Origin: Octopus vulgaris
Lineage: Eukaryota
Assembly: GCA_951406725.2 (NCBI GenBank)
Contig: OX597832.1
Location: 51,832,001-51,896,000, forward strand
Reading direction: 5' to 3'
DNA length: 64,000 nucleotides
Shown: positions 40,641 to 54,290 of the stretch, one piece after another
How the letters are laid out: every line of letters starts with the position of its first letter
How positions within the stretch are numbered: the stretch's first letter is position 1
Translations under genes and position numbers: made by a program
Notes under the pieces: generated by a model
The model's database searches: none
Told to the model about the DNA's origin: nothing
What the model saw: the letters and a program-made list of their open reading frames with translations, nothing else

Positions 40641-41731
40641 ATGGAAGTATTCAAGTAGCATTTGAGGCACATAATGCTTTATGAGTACAAAAAAGGAAAC
40701 TCTGCAGCTGAAGCGACTTGAAACATACACAGTTTATGGGAAAGAATGCTTGTATAAAAGAACTTGCAGAAGATGGTTTGCAAAATTCAGAAGTGGAGAT
40801 TTCAGCCTTGAAGATGAAGATCGAACAGGACGTTTAGTTGAGTTTGATGATAAGCTCCTTGAGGCATTACTTGAAGAAAATCCTGCATTATCAGTTGAAG
40901 AATTGGCAATAAAGCTTAGTTCAAACCATACAACTGTTCATCGTCATTTTCAACAACTTGGAAAGGTTCCTAAACTTGGAAAATGGGTGCCTCATGAATG
41001 GTCCAAAAGTATCTGCAAATTCCAAGTTGACATCTGCTGTTCTCTCCATTCTTGCGAACTCATTTCACCTTTTTAGGATAGACTTGTGACTGATGATGAA
41101 AAATGGATCTTCTATGGAAATGTTAAACGCCGTAAACAGTGGCTTGGTAAAAGGGAAAAAGCTCAATCACAACCAAGAAGGGAACCTCATGGGAAAAAGG
41201 TTCTTCTCTCTATTTGGTGGGATTGCAAAGGAGTAATTCAATTTGAATTGTTACCACCTAATGCAACAATCAATACTCAAGTCTACAGTCAGCAATTAAA
41301 GCATTTGAACCAAGCTTTGAAGAAAAAAAGACCCACTTTAGTGAATCGAAATGGAGTGATGTTTCATCAGGACAATGTGCAACCCCACACTGCAAAGATT
41401 ACATCACAGAAGATCGAAGAGCTTGGTTGGGAAAAAATTCCTCATCCACCTTATTCTCCCAACCTTGCTCCTTCAGACTACCATTTTTTTTGGGTGGGGG
41501 GCTTAACTTTCGCAAGACAAGAGGAGGTTGAAAGTGATAATTCAGAGTTCTTCACTTTGAATCCAAAAGAGTTTTACATTGATGGGATTAAAAAGCTTGT
41601 AAATAGATGGAAGGAAGTCATAGATAATCAGGGAAAGTACATTGATGATTAAATTTCAATTAAATATAACATTTGATCACTTGTTTTCTTTACTCAAAAT
41701 TCGGACAGAACTTATGGGATGACCTGATATA
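40641..41731 (+). mobile_element. Mariner (DD34D) transposon with inactivated transposase
   Basis: HLRHIMLYEYKKG, WFAKFRSGDFSLED, WVPHE, TDDEKW, HQDN and HPPYSPNLAPSDYHFF motifs with stops and frameshifts. The right end GGACAGAACTTATGGGATGACCTGATA-TA is TIR-like; the left TIR was not recognised. Confidence 0.93.
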
Positions 41732-42413
41732 AAGCAGAATGTGTAATCAGGCAGTGACTGCTACTGTTACTAAAATTGTAATTTCAACTAATTAAAATTA
41801 CATGCATTCTCCATAATGCATGCTGATGTCCACAGCTAATATACATTATTATTATTATGGCTGCCCCCTCGTTATCGAGTATGGCCATTGCACGAAGCTT
41901 AACTGTTACTGGTGCTGTGACCGAATGTGACTTTTTAGCCCAGCTAAAGATCTACAATGTCTTGTACAGAATTGGCAGCTAAAACCTTTACCGGTAATAG
42001 CCGGCTGTAGTTGTAACTGGGCTTCATGTACCTTTGCATGTCATTTAAGTCCTCCTGCCGAATTACACTCTCTTCCACATGCCCGACAGATATGATTAGT
42101 ATGGTGTGTTACACCACCACCAGTGGCCAGGTTGTCACTCATCTGTCTCGTTTTATGACTACGAAGATTACTCTAGAGTCCAGCTTTACTGAGGCATGAT
42201 CTTGCACAGACACTGCATATCAGCATCAAAGGAAGACCCTTCCCTTCTGGAAGTGAAACAGCGATGCCCTTCCTGACATCCCTCCTTACTTTCTCATGTG
42301 CAACTTGAGATTTCTCAAAAGTGGCTGTCCCCTCGTGCACAATCCTTCTCCACCTGCTACGATCAATAGCTATGCCTTCCCATGTGTCAGGAGAGATGCA
42401 AGCATCTTAATAT

Positions 42414-42460
<47 letters not shown>

Positions 42461-44745
42461 TACACACACACATACATACATACATACACACATACATACA
42501 TACATGCATACACACATACATACATGCATACACACATACATACATACATACATACATACACACATACACACATACATACATACATACACACATACATACA
42601 TACACACATACATACATACATGTGACTGCTACCATTACTAAAATTGTAATTTCAACTAATTAAAATTACATGCTTTCTCCATAAGGCATGCTGATGTCCA
42701 CAGCTAATATACATTATTATTATCATGGCTGCCCCCTCGTTATCGAGTATGGCCATTGCACGAAGCTTACACACATGTGTGTGTATGATATATTATAACA
42801 TGATTGAAATCTAGACGGTTTACTTTACCTCCTTTTATCTTATCTCTTTGCTTTGCTTACTGTGTCTTAGTTCAGTCATCCTCTTCTTTTTTATGATTCT
42901 TTTCTCTTCATAGTTCTTGTCAATCTCTTGCCCTTTCTCTTCCTCATATATTTTTCTTACTCTTTCATTTACACTCTTTCTTTTGTTCTATCTTCACTCC
43001 GTTTCCTTCTGTTTCTTTCTCTATCATTTTTCTCCTTTATCTCTGCCATGTTTTCTCTTTCTCTCTTTTATCTTGTTCTTTTATAGTTCATATCTAGACA
43101 TCACCCCAGTTTTTAATGCGTACATCTTATGAGTCAGCAAGTTGCTCTTACATTGCTGTTTGACCTGTTAGAAATAGCAGCTAAACCTCACTCTACTGTC
43201 TTAAAAAAAAAAAAGAAAACACTTTTGGATAATTTGCTGTTGGGTTGTATCAGTACAAAGGAAAAAGATGGATGGTCACAGCTGGTATGTCTTGATCAAA
43301 GCTCTGTTTGATCAAAATTGACTTGGCAAATTTTATTTGATAAAACTTGAAAGCATAAGCTTAATCCAAGATCCACACCAATCTACATTGTTAATAATGT
43401 CGAAAAATATAAGTTTAATAATCCAAGATTCACAACAATCTACATTGTTAATAATGTCCAAAAACATCAGTCAACTGATCTCATTGGAATTATCTCCCTT
43501 GCTTATTGTTTTTATATTTTTAACCCTTTAGCATTTAAACTGGCCATATCAGGCTCAAATATTCTACATGTTTTATGTTCAGACTGGCCAAATCCAGCCT
43601 ATTACACCTACCCTACAATGTCTTTCTAAAAATAAACAATCGCATCATTGAAACCTCAAAACTATGAAATAATGCATAATTTATTCAAAACAATGTGAAT
43701 GAATAAGCATTACATGTGACAGAATAATCTCAATGCCAAAGGGTTACATACCTCAGAGTGAGTTTTTGTATACTAATTGCTTGGATAATCTCAGTTGATC
43801 AAGTTTTTTGACTCACTGCTTATAAATCTGTTGACATTTCAAGACATCCTTAGTCTCATCCTCATGTTGAAGTGTTGACAAAGGCAGAGTTGTTACTGTA
43901 TTTCTGAAGCTGGCAGCAGAAACGTGTGTAATAGTCTCACTATTTTATCAGCTTATTTTTGACAATGTAATCGAGAAGATCTTGAAACGAAATTGAACTT
44001 AGAAATATTATTATTTTTTTTTCTTTACTACCCACAAGGGGCTAAACACAGAGGGGACAAACAAGGACAGACAAACAGATTAAGTCGAGTACATCGACCC
44101 CAGTGTGTAATTGGTACTTAATTTATCGACCCCGAAAGGCAAAGTCGACCTTGGCGGAATTTGAACTCAGAACGTAGCAGCAGATGAAATATGGCTACGC
44201 ATTTCTGCCAGCTCGCCGCCTTAAAATATTATTGTTACAAATAAAACATAGAAGACATAGAAAAATCATCATCATCAAACTGGCCAGTTTCAGCTCAAAT
44301 ATTTTTTACCTGTTTTACCTGTTTTATGTTCAAACTGACCAGATCAAGCCTCTCATACCTATCCTGTATTTTCTTTTACCCAAAGCCAGGAATTTTTCAG
44401 CGCCCCTCATGTAGATACACATATGACAGGCTTTCAGTTTCTGTCCACTAAATCCATTCACAAGGCTTTGGTCGTCTCAGGACTATAGTAGAGGCTACTT
44501 ATTCAAAGTGCCATACAGTTGGACTGAACCTGAATCCATGTGGTTGGGAAGCTAACTTCTTACCACATAGCCATGCCTGAAAAAAAAATTGAATTAAAAG
44601 AAGGATTAAACTTGAAAACGATTGAGTTTTGAATATGCATAACTGAAAGAAATGCTGTTACATACACACACACACACACATGCACACACTCACTAACATT
44701 CAAGTTCATAGCTGTTTATGTGTAACTTATTATTATTATTATGGG

Positions 44746-45075
44746 TCATCTGGCACCTGTGTCGGTGGCACATAAAAACACCATCCGAGCGTGGCCGTCT
44801 GCCAGCCTCGTCTGGCACCTGTGTCGGTGGCACATAAAAAAAAACACCATCCGAGCGTGGCCGTTCGCCAGCCTCGTCTGGCACCTGTGTCGGTGGCACA
44901 TAAAATCACCCACTACACTCTCGGAGTGGTTGGCGTTAGGAAGGGCATCCAGATCTGACTGGCCTGATCTGACTGATCTGACTGGCCTGGTGCAGCCTTC
45001 GGGCTCCCCAGACCTCAGTTGAACCGTCCAACCCATGCTAGCATGGAAAGCGGACGTTAAATGATGATGATGATG
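44746..45075 (+). mobile_element. SINE/RTE-tail family C with internal ~60-bp tandem units and a (GAT)n tail
   Basis: GGCGTTAGGAAGGGCATCCAG...AGCATGGAAAGCGGACGTTAAA(TGA)n. Other copies: 8500(-), 17157, 17830-18285, 39379(-), 47268(-), 53385(-), 60225. Confidence 0.8.
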
Positions 45076-45461
45076 GGTGAATTGTGCAAGAATGGCCAGT
45101 GTAAATGGACCAATTCTGAGGTTTCGTCTGTAATTGAAAAAGGTATTATAAAAGGAGAAAGGGGCTCTCTACCCGCCTTTTGACCAGGCTCCCGTGGCTT
45201 TTATGGGTTTTTCCACGTGAGACTTTTTCTTCTTTTTTTTTCGAAGCGTCTCCTCTATTGGGAGTTTTGTAAATTGTTGAATTTTTTCGTTGTTGTAAAG
45301 CTTGTTTACATGGACTTTTTTCTTTCGAAAAACGGACAAAACCTTCTGTAACCTTTCGTCCTGTTTTGTCCCTTTATGTTTTCCAATCATATTTGTCAGC
45401 CCTTGTGGCCAATAAAAAGAATTAATTATTATTATTATCATTATCATTATTATTATTATTC

Positions 45462-45513
<52 letters not shown>

Positions 45514-45534
45514 CTTCAATTTCACTTCTGTTAG

Positions 45535-45681
45535 AAGACAGAGATGTTAGCTGCATACTTTGACAGTCCAGGTGAACCTGATGTACTCTATGTGAATCAA
45601 GTACCAATTCCTGAATTAGAGGACAATGAAGTTCTCGTAAAGGTGCAGGCCAGTGCTATTAACAGAGCAGATACCTTGCAG
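45535..45681 (+). CDS. TP53I3: Quinone oxidoreductase PIG3-like, exon containing the conserved Met (ATG 45544)
   Basis: ttag|AAG ACA GAG ATG..., encoding KTE-MLAAYFDSPGEPDVLYVNQVPIPELEDNEVLVKVQASAINRADTLQ|gtgagt. Matches the human PIG3 N-terminus (MLAVHFDKPGGPENLYV...ASALNRAD). Confidence 0.95.
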
Positions 45682-46265
45682 GTGAGTATCATTATTGTTG
45701 TTGTTGCATAGATTCACTTGTTGCTTGGGTTGAGCTGGTGAATGATATATTTCACGAGCTGTGAAAATAATGACAGAGGCAAAGTCACAAACATTTAACT
45801 TGATCCAAGCATGTGGATCATGACATTGAGTAAGGACTCCATAAGCTAATTATTTCATCATCAGAGAGTGAGAAGTCAGGGAGATGTAAAAATGAAGAAA
45901 TATCCCCTGTTAAGGATATTATTACGTTCCAGCTTGTCAAAAATGAAGGAAGGACCAGAGTAATAGAGGTATACATTATACAGTTCCATGACCAAATAAC
46001 TAAATCATAGGTAAGGTCCATTAGCAGTTTCAAATGAAAATGTTCGGTGATAATCCATGGCATATATCTCATGTCATACAGTAAAGTGGGTTCATTAGTC
46101 ACCAGTGGAGCCACAAGTGCAAAGTATAATTTTGTCTGATACACAATATTCTTAATGGTCAGTGATTGTCTTCTTTGGTCATGGGTGGACAGCCATCATG
46201 TAAGTCTGTATAAAGGAATGCATGCATGTATGTATGCACATATATATATATATATGTGTGTGTGT

Positions 46266-46575
46266 GGAGTCGCAATGGCCCAGTGGTTAGGGCAGCGGAC
46301 TCGTGGTTGGAGGGTCACGATTTCGATTCCCAGACCGAGCGTTGTGTGTGTTTAGTAAGCGAAAACACCTAAAAAAGCTCCATGAGGCTCTGGCAGGGGG
46401 TGGTGGCGACCCCTATTGTATTCTTTCGCCCCCAACTTTCACTCACTCTTTCTTCCTGTTTCTTGAGTAGCACTGCGATGGACTGGTGTCCCGTCCAGCT
46501 AGGAGTAACACATATGCCACAGAAAACAGGAAACCGGGCCCATGAGCCTGGTTAGGTTTGAAAAGGGCGCAAATA
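46266..46575 (+). mobile_element. tRNA-derived SINE family D (partial copy at ~3952-4110)
   Basis: TGGCCCAGTGGTTAGGGCAGCGGACTCG..TTCGATTCCC head and GCGATGGACTGGTGTCCCGTCCAG 3' domain. Confidence 0.7.
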
Positions 46576-46885
46576 AAAAATATTAAATAATATATATATA
46601 TATAAAAAAAAATTTTCTGTAATGAGATAAAATACCAAGGCTGTGTTGTGTAATGGATAAACAATTCCTTAGCATCTCTCTTAAGGACACAATATTCTAA
46701 AATCTACACAGCCTTGGTTTTTTTATCTCATTACGGAAGAAAGAAATTTTATATACACATGCTGATATATGACCTACATTGGACCCCTTGTTCACATAAT
46801 CACTGAACTATGGTCTCTCCATAGCACTTATTCAGCATTACCTGACATCTTTGGGTCTCACTGACACCATTACCTCTCATAACTT

Positions 46886-46924
<39 letters not shown>

Positions 46925-46963
46925 TGTGTATATAAATATTTGATTTCTAAATTTTTGTTTCAG

Positions 46964-47099
46964 CGCCGAGGCTTATATCCAATCCCTCCTGGGGCAAGTC
47001 CTATCTTGGGACTCGAAGTTTCTGGAACCATTGAGAAAGTCGGTGCTTCAGTGGGTTCTGCATGGAAAGTTGGTGACAAAGTCATGTGTCTTTGTAATG
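46964..47099 (+). CDS. TP53I3: PIG3-like exon
   Basis: ttcag|[46 protein letters not shown]|gtgagt. 136 nt; contains the MDR-family GxExxG motif. Confidence 0.95.
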
Positions 47100-48593
47100 G
47101 TGAGTGGAGCACTTAGAAAAGTTCAAAGGGGAAACATTTGTTGTACATTGTAAGATTGTAGGTAAGGTAATACTAGATTTAGTAGACATGTTGGTTACTG
47201 TTTACTATGCTTGAGAAGTATTTGAACCTGTAAGCAAACCTGCATTTGTCATGGAGAAAGATTCTCATCATCATCATTTAACGTCTGTTTTCCATGCCGG
47301 CATGGGTTAGATGGTTTGACTGGAGCTGGCAAGCTAGAGAGCTGCTTCAGACTCCAATTGTCTGTTTTGTCATGGTTTCTATGGCCAGATGCCCTTTCTA
47401 ATGCCAACTACTTTACAAAATGTAGTGGGTGTCTCCTTTATGTGTCCCTGGCATGGGTGCCTTCTATGTGTCTCCTCATTGTAGACAAAATGCAGTGAAT
47501 GAGTTCCTTATAAGTTTGAATATATCTCAAGAATATTTGAACTGGTAATGACCTTGTATTTATACACGCCACTGCTTGGTGCTTCTAATACTTGGGCCGA
47601 ACAAAGCATTATGGATCAATTTTGTAGACAGAAACTTGTTTCATATATATGTGGGTGTATGTGTTTCTATGTGTGTATACTCTTACTCTTTACTCTTTTA
47701 CTTGTTTCAGTCATTTGACTGCAGCCATGCTGGAGCACTGCCTTTAATCGAGCAACTCGACCCCGGGACTTATTCTTTTTGTAAGCCCAGTACTTATTCT
47801 ATCGGTCTCTTTTGCCGAACCGCTAAGTAACGGGGACATAAACACACCAGCATCGGTTGTCAAGCAATGCTAGGGGGACAAACACAGACACACAAACACA
47901 TATACGACGGGCTTCTTTCAGTTTCCGTCTACCAAATCCACTCACAAGGTTTTGGTTGGCCCGAGGCTATAGTAGAAGACACTTGCCCAAGATGCCACGC
48001 AGTGGGACTGAACCCGGAACCATGTGGTTGGTAAACAAGCTACTTACCAACAGCCACGTACATATTTGTGCCTCCTTGTCTTGACATCACAGGATAGTTA
48101 CTATAAATGAATGTCAGTGTTATGTGAACAAAGACAGTCCCTAATTTGTAATCATACCTTAAAACATGTCTGGCTGTGCAAAAACATTACCTTGCTTGGA
48201 AACAGGTGAGCGTTGGGTGGCAAGAAGGTCATCTGACTGTAGAAAACCTGCCTTAGTGAATCTCATCTGATCCATGCTAGCACGTAGAAGTAGATGTTAA
48301 AACTATATGATGATGATAATGATGTGCGTGTGTGTGAAGTCACATGACCAAGTGGTGTTTGTGCTGGGCCCATGCTCTAATGGTGGGGTGTTAATATACA
48401 CTTATTAAAAAAAAGATAGTTATTCTCTTGAGCCTGCTAGCTCGTTAGGTCAGAGCTTATCCTGGTTTCTGTATATTCGACTAAAAAACCCATTAAGATG
48501 GTCCTCCAGCATGGCCATAATCAAGTGACTGAGAACAAGTAAAAGTAAAGAATATCTATCTATCTATCTATCTGTCTGTCTATCTTTCTATCG

Positions 48594-48666
<73 letters not shown>

Positions 48667-48822
48667 GCTAGCTAGCTAGCTAGCTATCTTTCTATCGAGC
48701 TATCTATCTATCTATCTATCTGTCTTTCTATATTTCTATCTATCTATCTATCTTGCTATCTATCTATCTATCTGTCTATCTATATTTCTATCTACTTAGC
48801 TATCTTTCTATCTAGCTATCTT

Positions 48823-48879
<57 letters not shown>

Positions 48880-48995
48880 ACACACACTCACACACACACA
48901 CTCGCACATGTATATATATATATATATGTATAAACGTGTGTACTAGAAATTCTTTGTTAACAAATGTTTATTCTCTTTGCATCTTTTCATCTTAG

Positions 48996-49127
48996 GTGGA
49001 GGAAATGCTGAGTTTGTTGCAGTGCACTTTAAACATGTCATGCCAATGCCTGCAAATACGAACTTCTTAGAAGCAGCTGCCATTCCAGAGGTTTGGCTCA
49101 CTGCCTTTCAACTATTACATTTTGTTG
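48996..49127 (+). CDS. TP53I3: PIG3-like exon
   Basis: cttag|GGGNAEFVAVHFKHVMPMPANTNFLEAAAIPEVWLTAFQLLHFV-G|gtatgg. 132 nt, phase 1/1. Confidence 0.95.
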
Positions 49128-51797
49128 GTATGGTCTCTTCTTTCACCTTCTGTTCAATGTTCTCATGTTTATCTCTCGTTTTTTGTCTGTATAACTAATT
49201 GTACAATTTTAACTCTGTGTGTGTGTCTCTGTGTTATTTTTTTTTTTTTCCTTCTCTCCCTGTATAAATGCATGATTATAAATGTGTGGTATAAATGTAC
49301 TGTAAATCCTCAAGTATAGTTCGCCCTTGAATATAATACGCAGGGGATTTTTAGGGGGCTGTAGCTCTGAAAAACCTAAACCTTGTGTATAATACTCTTC
49401 TCTAACTTGAGTAAAGGACGTCTATATAACGTCCTTGGTATGTAAAACTGTATAGGGTAACGTCCTTTATTATTATTGTATATATAACATAATGCAAACG
49501 TGTGGCTTTTTTGTGCATTTTGTTTGCAGAAAATAAAGAAATAACAGTAATAACGTTTAATACATCCATACATACATACATATATGCTTGTGTGTATTTG
49601 TGTTTGTCTCCCACCACTGCTTGCTTGACAACCGGTGTTGGTTTGTTTACATCCCTGTAACTTGACAATTCAGCCAAAGAAACTGCTAGAATAAGTGCCA
49701 GTCATAAAAACACTGGGGTGGGGGTCAATCCATTCAACTAAACTCTCCAGGGCATTGCCCCAGCAATACTGCAGTACAATGACTGAAATAAATTTAAGAT
49801 AAAAGATAACCTTTTATCTATCGTTTAACAAATCCGGAATTTGTTGCAAGCTAAATAAACAAGCAGAAATGCTTGCAATAAAAAAGCTTTGTAAAACAAA
49901 GGAAAATATATGTAAAAGACTAAAACAAACAAACAAAAAAAGTAACGTAAATGCACAAAAAAATATTAATTATGTCACAGAATCAGACAATGTGAATATC
50001 TTTTGTGGTTGTTTTTGTTGTTGTTGTTGTTGTTGTTTGTTAGTTTTAATGTACTTGTTTTTTACTTATATATCTGAATTGAGATTAGTGGTGGTGGCTA
50101 TGGTGGTGGTAATGGTGGTGGTGGTAGTGGTGGTGGTGGTGGTAGTGGTGGTTAGGTAATTGAGTGGACATGAGATAAAGACAAATGTTGTTATCTGAAT
50201 GATGGGTAAACAAATCACCCCCACCCCATCCACCCACCCACATTCGTTGTTGCCCCTTCCCCCACCCTCACACACACACACACACACACACACATAATGC
50301 ACCTAGACCAAACAGCCATGTATCATCTAGTATATAAAATCCGTTCTGTCTGTCTGTGTGTGTGTCTTCAAGGATCTCGGGCATCCTCCATCCGATTGCG
50401 CTCAAATTTGATATGTCAATACCGACGGTATCAGGGCGCGTATAAGTCTTAAAAAAATTACAAAAGTCGATTCCAGGAGAGAATGCGATCAATAAAGCCG
50501 TGGGAACGTGCATTTGTATGCGCAAGTACATCGGCTGTTGCAATCGATACTACGCATTGTATGAATAAAATCGTTTTTCTTTGGAATAGAAAAAAAGCCT
50601 ATCTTTATTTCTTCTTTTGCTGGTGTCTCAAATTTAGATTAAATCATTGTTTCTCAAAGGGGAGGCCTATGGGACGGTCGGACAAGTTGTTTAGAGAAAA
50701 TTTGGTTTTAATGTTTGACAACTCAGCACCGTCCATTGGATGGGGGTGTGTTTTTCTCATAATTACCATATATGAACAATTAAAATTTTTAGAAATGGAG
50801 ACCAAATTAAGAAAATGCAATAGAAATTACCTTTGAAAAATAGTGTGAATATAATAACACCTTTTTAAGGTTTTGTAGAATATATGTTTCTAGCATAAAT
50901 TATTATTATTTTTGTTGTTATTATTATTACTGTCATTATTATTAAGGTGGTGAGCTGGCAGAAACGTTAGCATGCTGGGCAAAATGCTTAGGGGTATTTC
51001 GCCTGTTGCTACATTCTGAGTTCAAATTCTGCTGGGGTTGACTTTGCTTTTCATCCTTTCGGGGTCGATTAAATAAGTACCAGTTATGCACTGGGGTCGA
51101 TATAATCGACTTAATCCGTTTGTCTGTCCTTGTTTGTCCCTTCTGTGTTTAGCCCCTTGTGGGTAGTATAGAAATAGATATTTCATCTGCTGTTACTTTC
51201 TGAGTTCAAATTCCACCGAGGTCAACTTTGCCTTTTATCCTTTCAGGGTTGATTAAATAAGTACCAGTTATGCACTGGGGTCGATATAATCAACTTAATC
51301 CGTTTGTCTGTCCTTGTTTGTCCCTTGTGTTTAGCCCCTTGTGGGTAGTAAAGAAATAGGTATTTCATCTGCTGTTACTTTCTGAGTTCAAATTCCGCTG
51401 AGGTCAACTTTGCCTTTCCTCCTTTCGGGGTCGATAAAATTAGTACCAGTTACACACTGGAGTCGATGTAATTGACTTAATCCCTTTCCCCCAAATTTGA
51501 GGCCTTGTGCTTCCAGTAGAAAAGATGATTATTTATTGTATGAAAACTGACAGCTTATTTTGCTGGGTATGATGGAAAGTGTCGGCTGTCCACAACCAGC
51601 AGACTAAGGTGATACCTGTTTGCTTAGCCATGCTTCAAGAACCCTGCGAAGAATTTTTGCAGTTCCAAGCAATGGCTGATTTTTGTAGGCATTCTACCTT
51701 CACACTTGCATCAATCCTTTTTAGCCAATTTGGTAGTTGAGTGCTGATACTTCCAAGTGCACCAGTTTATTATTATTATTACTACTATTGCTGCTGG

Positions 51798-51846
51798 TAC
51801 TACTACTACTACCACCACCACTACCACCACCACCACCACCACCACC

Positions 51847-51923
<77 letters not shown>

Positions 51924-51948
51924 CACCACTACTACTACTACTACTACC

Positions 51949-52000
<52 letters not shown>

Positions 52001-52096
52001 TCACTACTACCACCACCACCACCACCACTACTACTACTACCACCACTACTACTACTACTACTACCACCGCCGCCGCCACCACCACCACCACCACCA
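51798..52096. repeat. (ACT)n/(ACC)n compound microsatellite
   Basis: Direct reading; source of the poly-T/V/H/Y ORFs in the track. Confidence 0.95.
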
Positions 52097-52338
52097 CGGT
52101 GGTGAGCTAGCAGAATCGGTAGCATACCAGGCAAAATGCTTTGTGGCATTTCATCTGCCTTTACACTCTGAATTCAAATTCCGCTGAGGTCAACTTTGCC
52201 TCTCTGTGGTGAAAGTTGATTGAAAGAATTAATATCTGATATGTTTGATAACATTTTGTACTTCATTGGTATGTAGGATCCTACTTAAACTCTTTTGGTA
52301 CCAAGCTGCCTGAAACTACCTCTGGTTCAATGATATGT

Positions 52339-52756
52339 AGGCGGTGAGCTGGCAGAAACGTTAGCACGCCGGGCGAAATGCTTAGCGGTATTTCGTCTGC
52401 CGTTACGTTCTGGGTTCAAATTCCGCCAAGGTCGACTTTGCCTTTCATCCTTTCGGGGTCGATAAATTAAGTACCAGTTATGCACTGGGGTCGATGTAAT
52501 CGACTTAATCCCTTTGTCTGTCCTTGTTTGTACCCTCTGTGTTTAGCCCCTTGTAGGTAATAAAGAAATAGGTATTTCGTCTGCCGTTACGTTCTGGGTT
52601 CAAATTCCGCCAAGGTCGACTTTGCCTTTCATCCTTTCGGGGTCGATAAATTAAGTACCAGTTATGCACTGGGGTCGATGTAATCGACTTAATCCCTTTG
52701 TCTGTCCTTGTTTGTACCCTCTGTGTTTAGCCCCTTGTGGGTAGTAAAGAAATAGA
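52339..52756 (+). mobile_element. SINE family A dimer
   Basis: The second unit starts at GGTATTTCGTC; both units share private variants. Confidence 0.9.
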
Positions 52757-53069
52757 TATAAACTCGCAGTTTTAAAATGATCTTAATTAAAACATACCAT
52801 CAAATTTTATTTACCTGTTAATTTATGTTCTGAACAGCAGCTGAACACTTTTGGTACAAACCTGTCTGAGAACGCTCCTGGTTCTCTGACTCAAACTTAC
52901 CGTTTTAAAGTCATCTAAAAATAAAGAATTACATTATTGAAATCTTAGAGCTATGATATAATGTGTGATTAATTCAGAAGAATTTGAATAAATAAGCATT
53001 ACATTTGACAGAGTAATCTGAATGTTAATGAGTTAAAGTAATTAACTTGGCAGTTTGCAACATCTTCAG

Positions 53070-53306
53070 ATATTAACAAAGAACACTTTTGATGGAGATA
53101 TATCAGTAGAAATATTTGTTCAGAGCAATATACGAGAAGAAGGAAAACATTTGTGTACTGTGACGAGAGAAAGGAAAATTATGGAAAATGAATTATGTGA
53201 AAGAACTGATTTTTCTGATGATGTAAAGAATGAAAAGGGCAAAATATCATATGATTGTGATATCTGTGGTAAATTCTTCTCTAGGAAAGCTAGCTTACTC
53301 ATTCAC
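53070..53306 (+). pseudogene. C2H2 zinc-finger gene fragment
   Basis: MENELCERTDFSDDVKNEKGKISYDCDICGKFFSRKASLLIH, truncated within the first finger before the second His. Confidence 0.65.
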
Positions 53307-53874
53307 AGCCTTTCATCAGAATTATATGTTAATTTTTACCAGATACCAGCTTCACAATGAGAAAGTTATTTTGCTAAATTCATTATCATCATCATCATCA
53401 TAGTTTAATGGCATGGATTGGACAGTTTGGCAAGAGCTGCCCAGGTGGGAGCTTGCACCATACTTCTGAGTGTGTTTTGGCATGGTTTTTGTGGCTGGAT
53501 GCCCTTCCTAATGCCAACTACTCTACAGAGTGGGCTGTGTGCTTTTTACGTGGTACTCACACAGGTGAGGTCAGTTTTGGCGTGGTTTTTACAGCTGGAT
53601 GTTATTTTTAAAATTATTTGAAACAAAAGCATTACATGTCAACAGAAATATTGTAACAAAAAGGTTAATAACAACGAAGTTATTTCAATAAATTCTGTAT
53701 TAGTTTCAAATTTAACTGAAACAGAGGCTTTGTATTTCAACAGAAATTCGGTAATAAAAGTGTTACTGCTCTTAGTAATAAAATCTTTTGAAATTGTCAG
53801 TAATGGACAAACAATAACTTTTTTTTATTATTCCAGTAATAAAACATCAGAAAGAAAAAATAATTAGGGTGGGT

Positions 53875-54038
53875 AGGCGCAGGAGTGGCTGTGTGGTAAG
53901 TAGCTTGCTTACCAACCACATGGTTCCAGGTTCAGTCCCACTGCATGGCACCTTTGGCAAGTGTCTTCTAATATAGCTTCGGGCCAACCAAAGCCTTGTG
54001 AGTAGATTTGGTAGACGGAAACTGAAAGAAGCCCGTCG

Positions 54039-54081
<43 letters not shown>

Positions 54082-54290
54082 TTGTGTGTCTGTGTTTGTC
54101 CCCCTAGCATTGCTTGACAACCGATGCTGGTTTGTTTATGTCCCCATCACTTAGCGGTTCGGCAAAAGAGACCGATAGAATAAGTACTGGGCTTACAAAG
54201 AATAAGTCCTGAGGTTGAGTTGCTCGACTAAAGGCAGTGCTCCAGCATGGCGCAGTCAAATGACTGAAACAAGTAAAAGAGTAAAAGAGT
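53875..54290 (+). mobile_element. tRNA-derived CORE-like SINE family B with internal (TA/TG)n
   Basis: Head GGCGCAGGAGTGGCTGTGTGGTAAG..GGTTCAGTCCC, CORE-like GGCACCTTGGGCAAGT (family consensus) and tail GACTGAAACAAGTAAAAGAG. Other copies: 8816(-), 10318, 11232, 25187, 32553(-), 47690(-), 54677, 59291. Confidence 0.85.

Noticed and set aside
44746-44905. CRISPR-like repeated ~60-bp units
   Set aside because: Tandem units without unique spacers, internal to a SINE family, in a eukaryotic context with no cas genes.
50598-50746. Inverted match to 63850-64000 as TIRs of a large element capturing PIG3 exons
   Set aside because: More simply two copies of a dispersed repeat; the window end prevents checking termini or a TSD.
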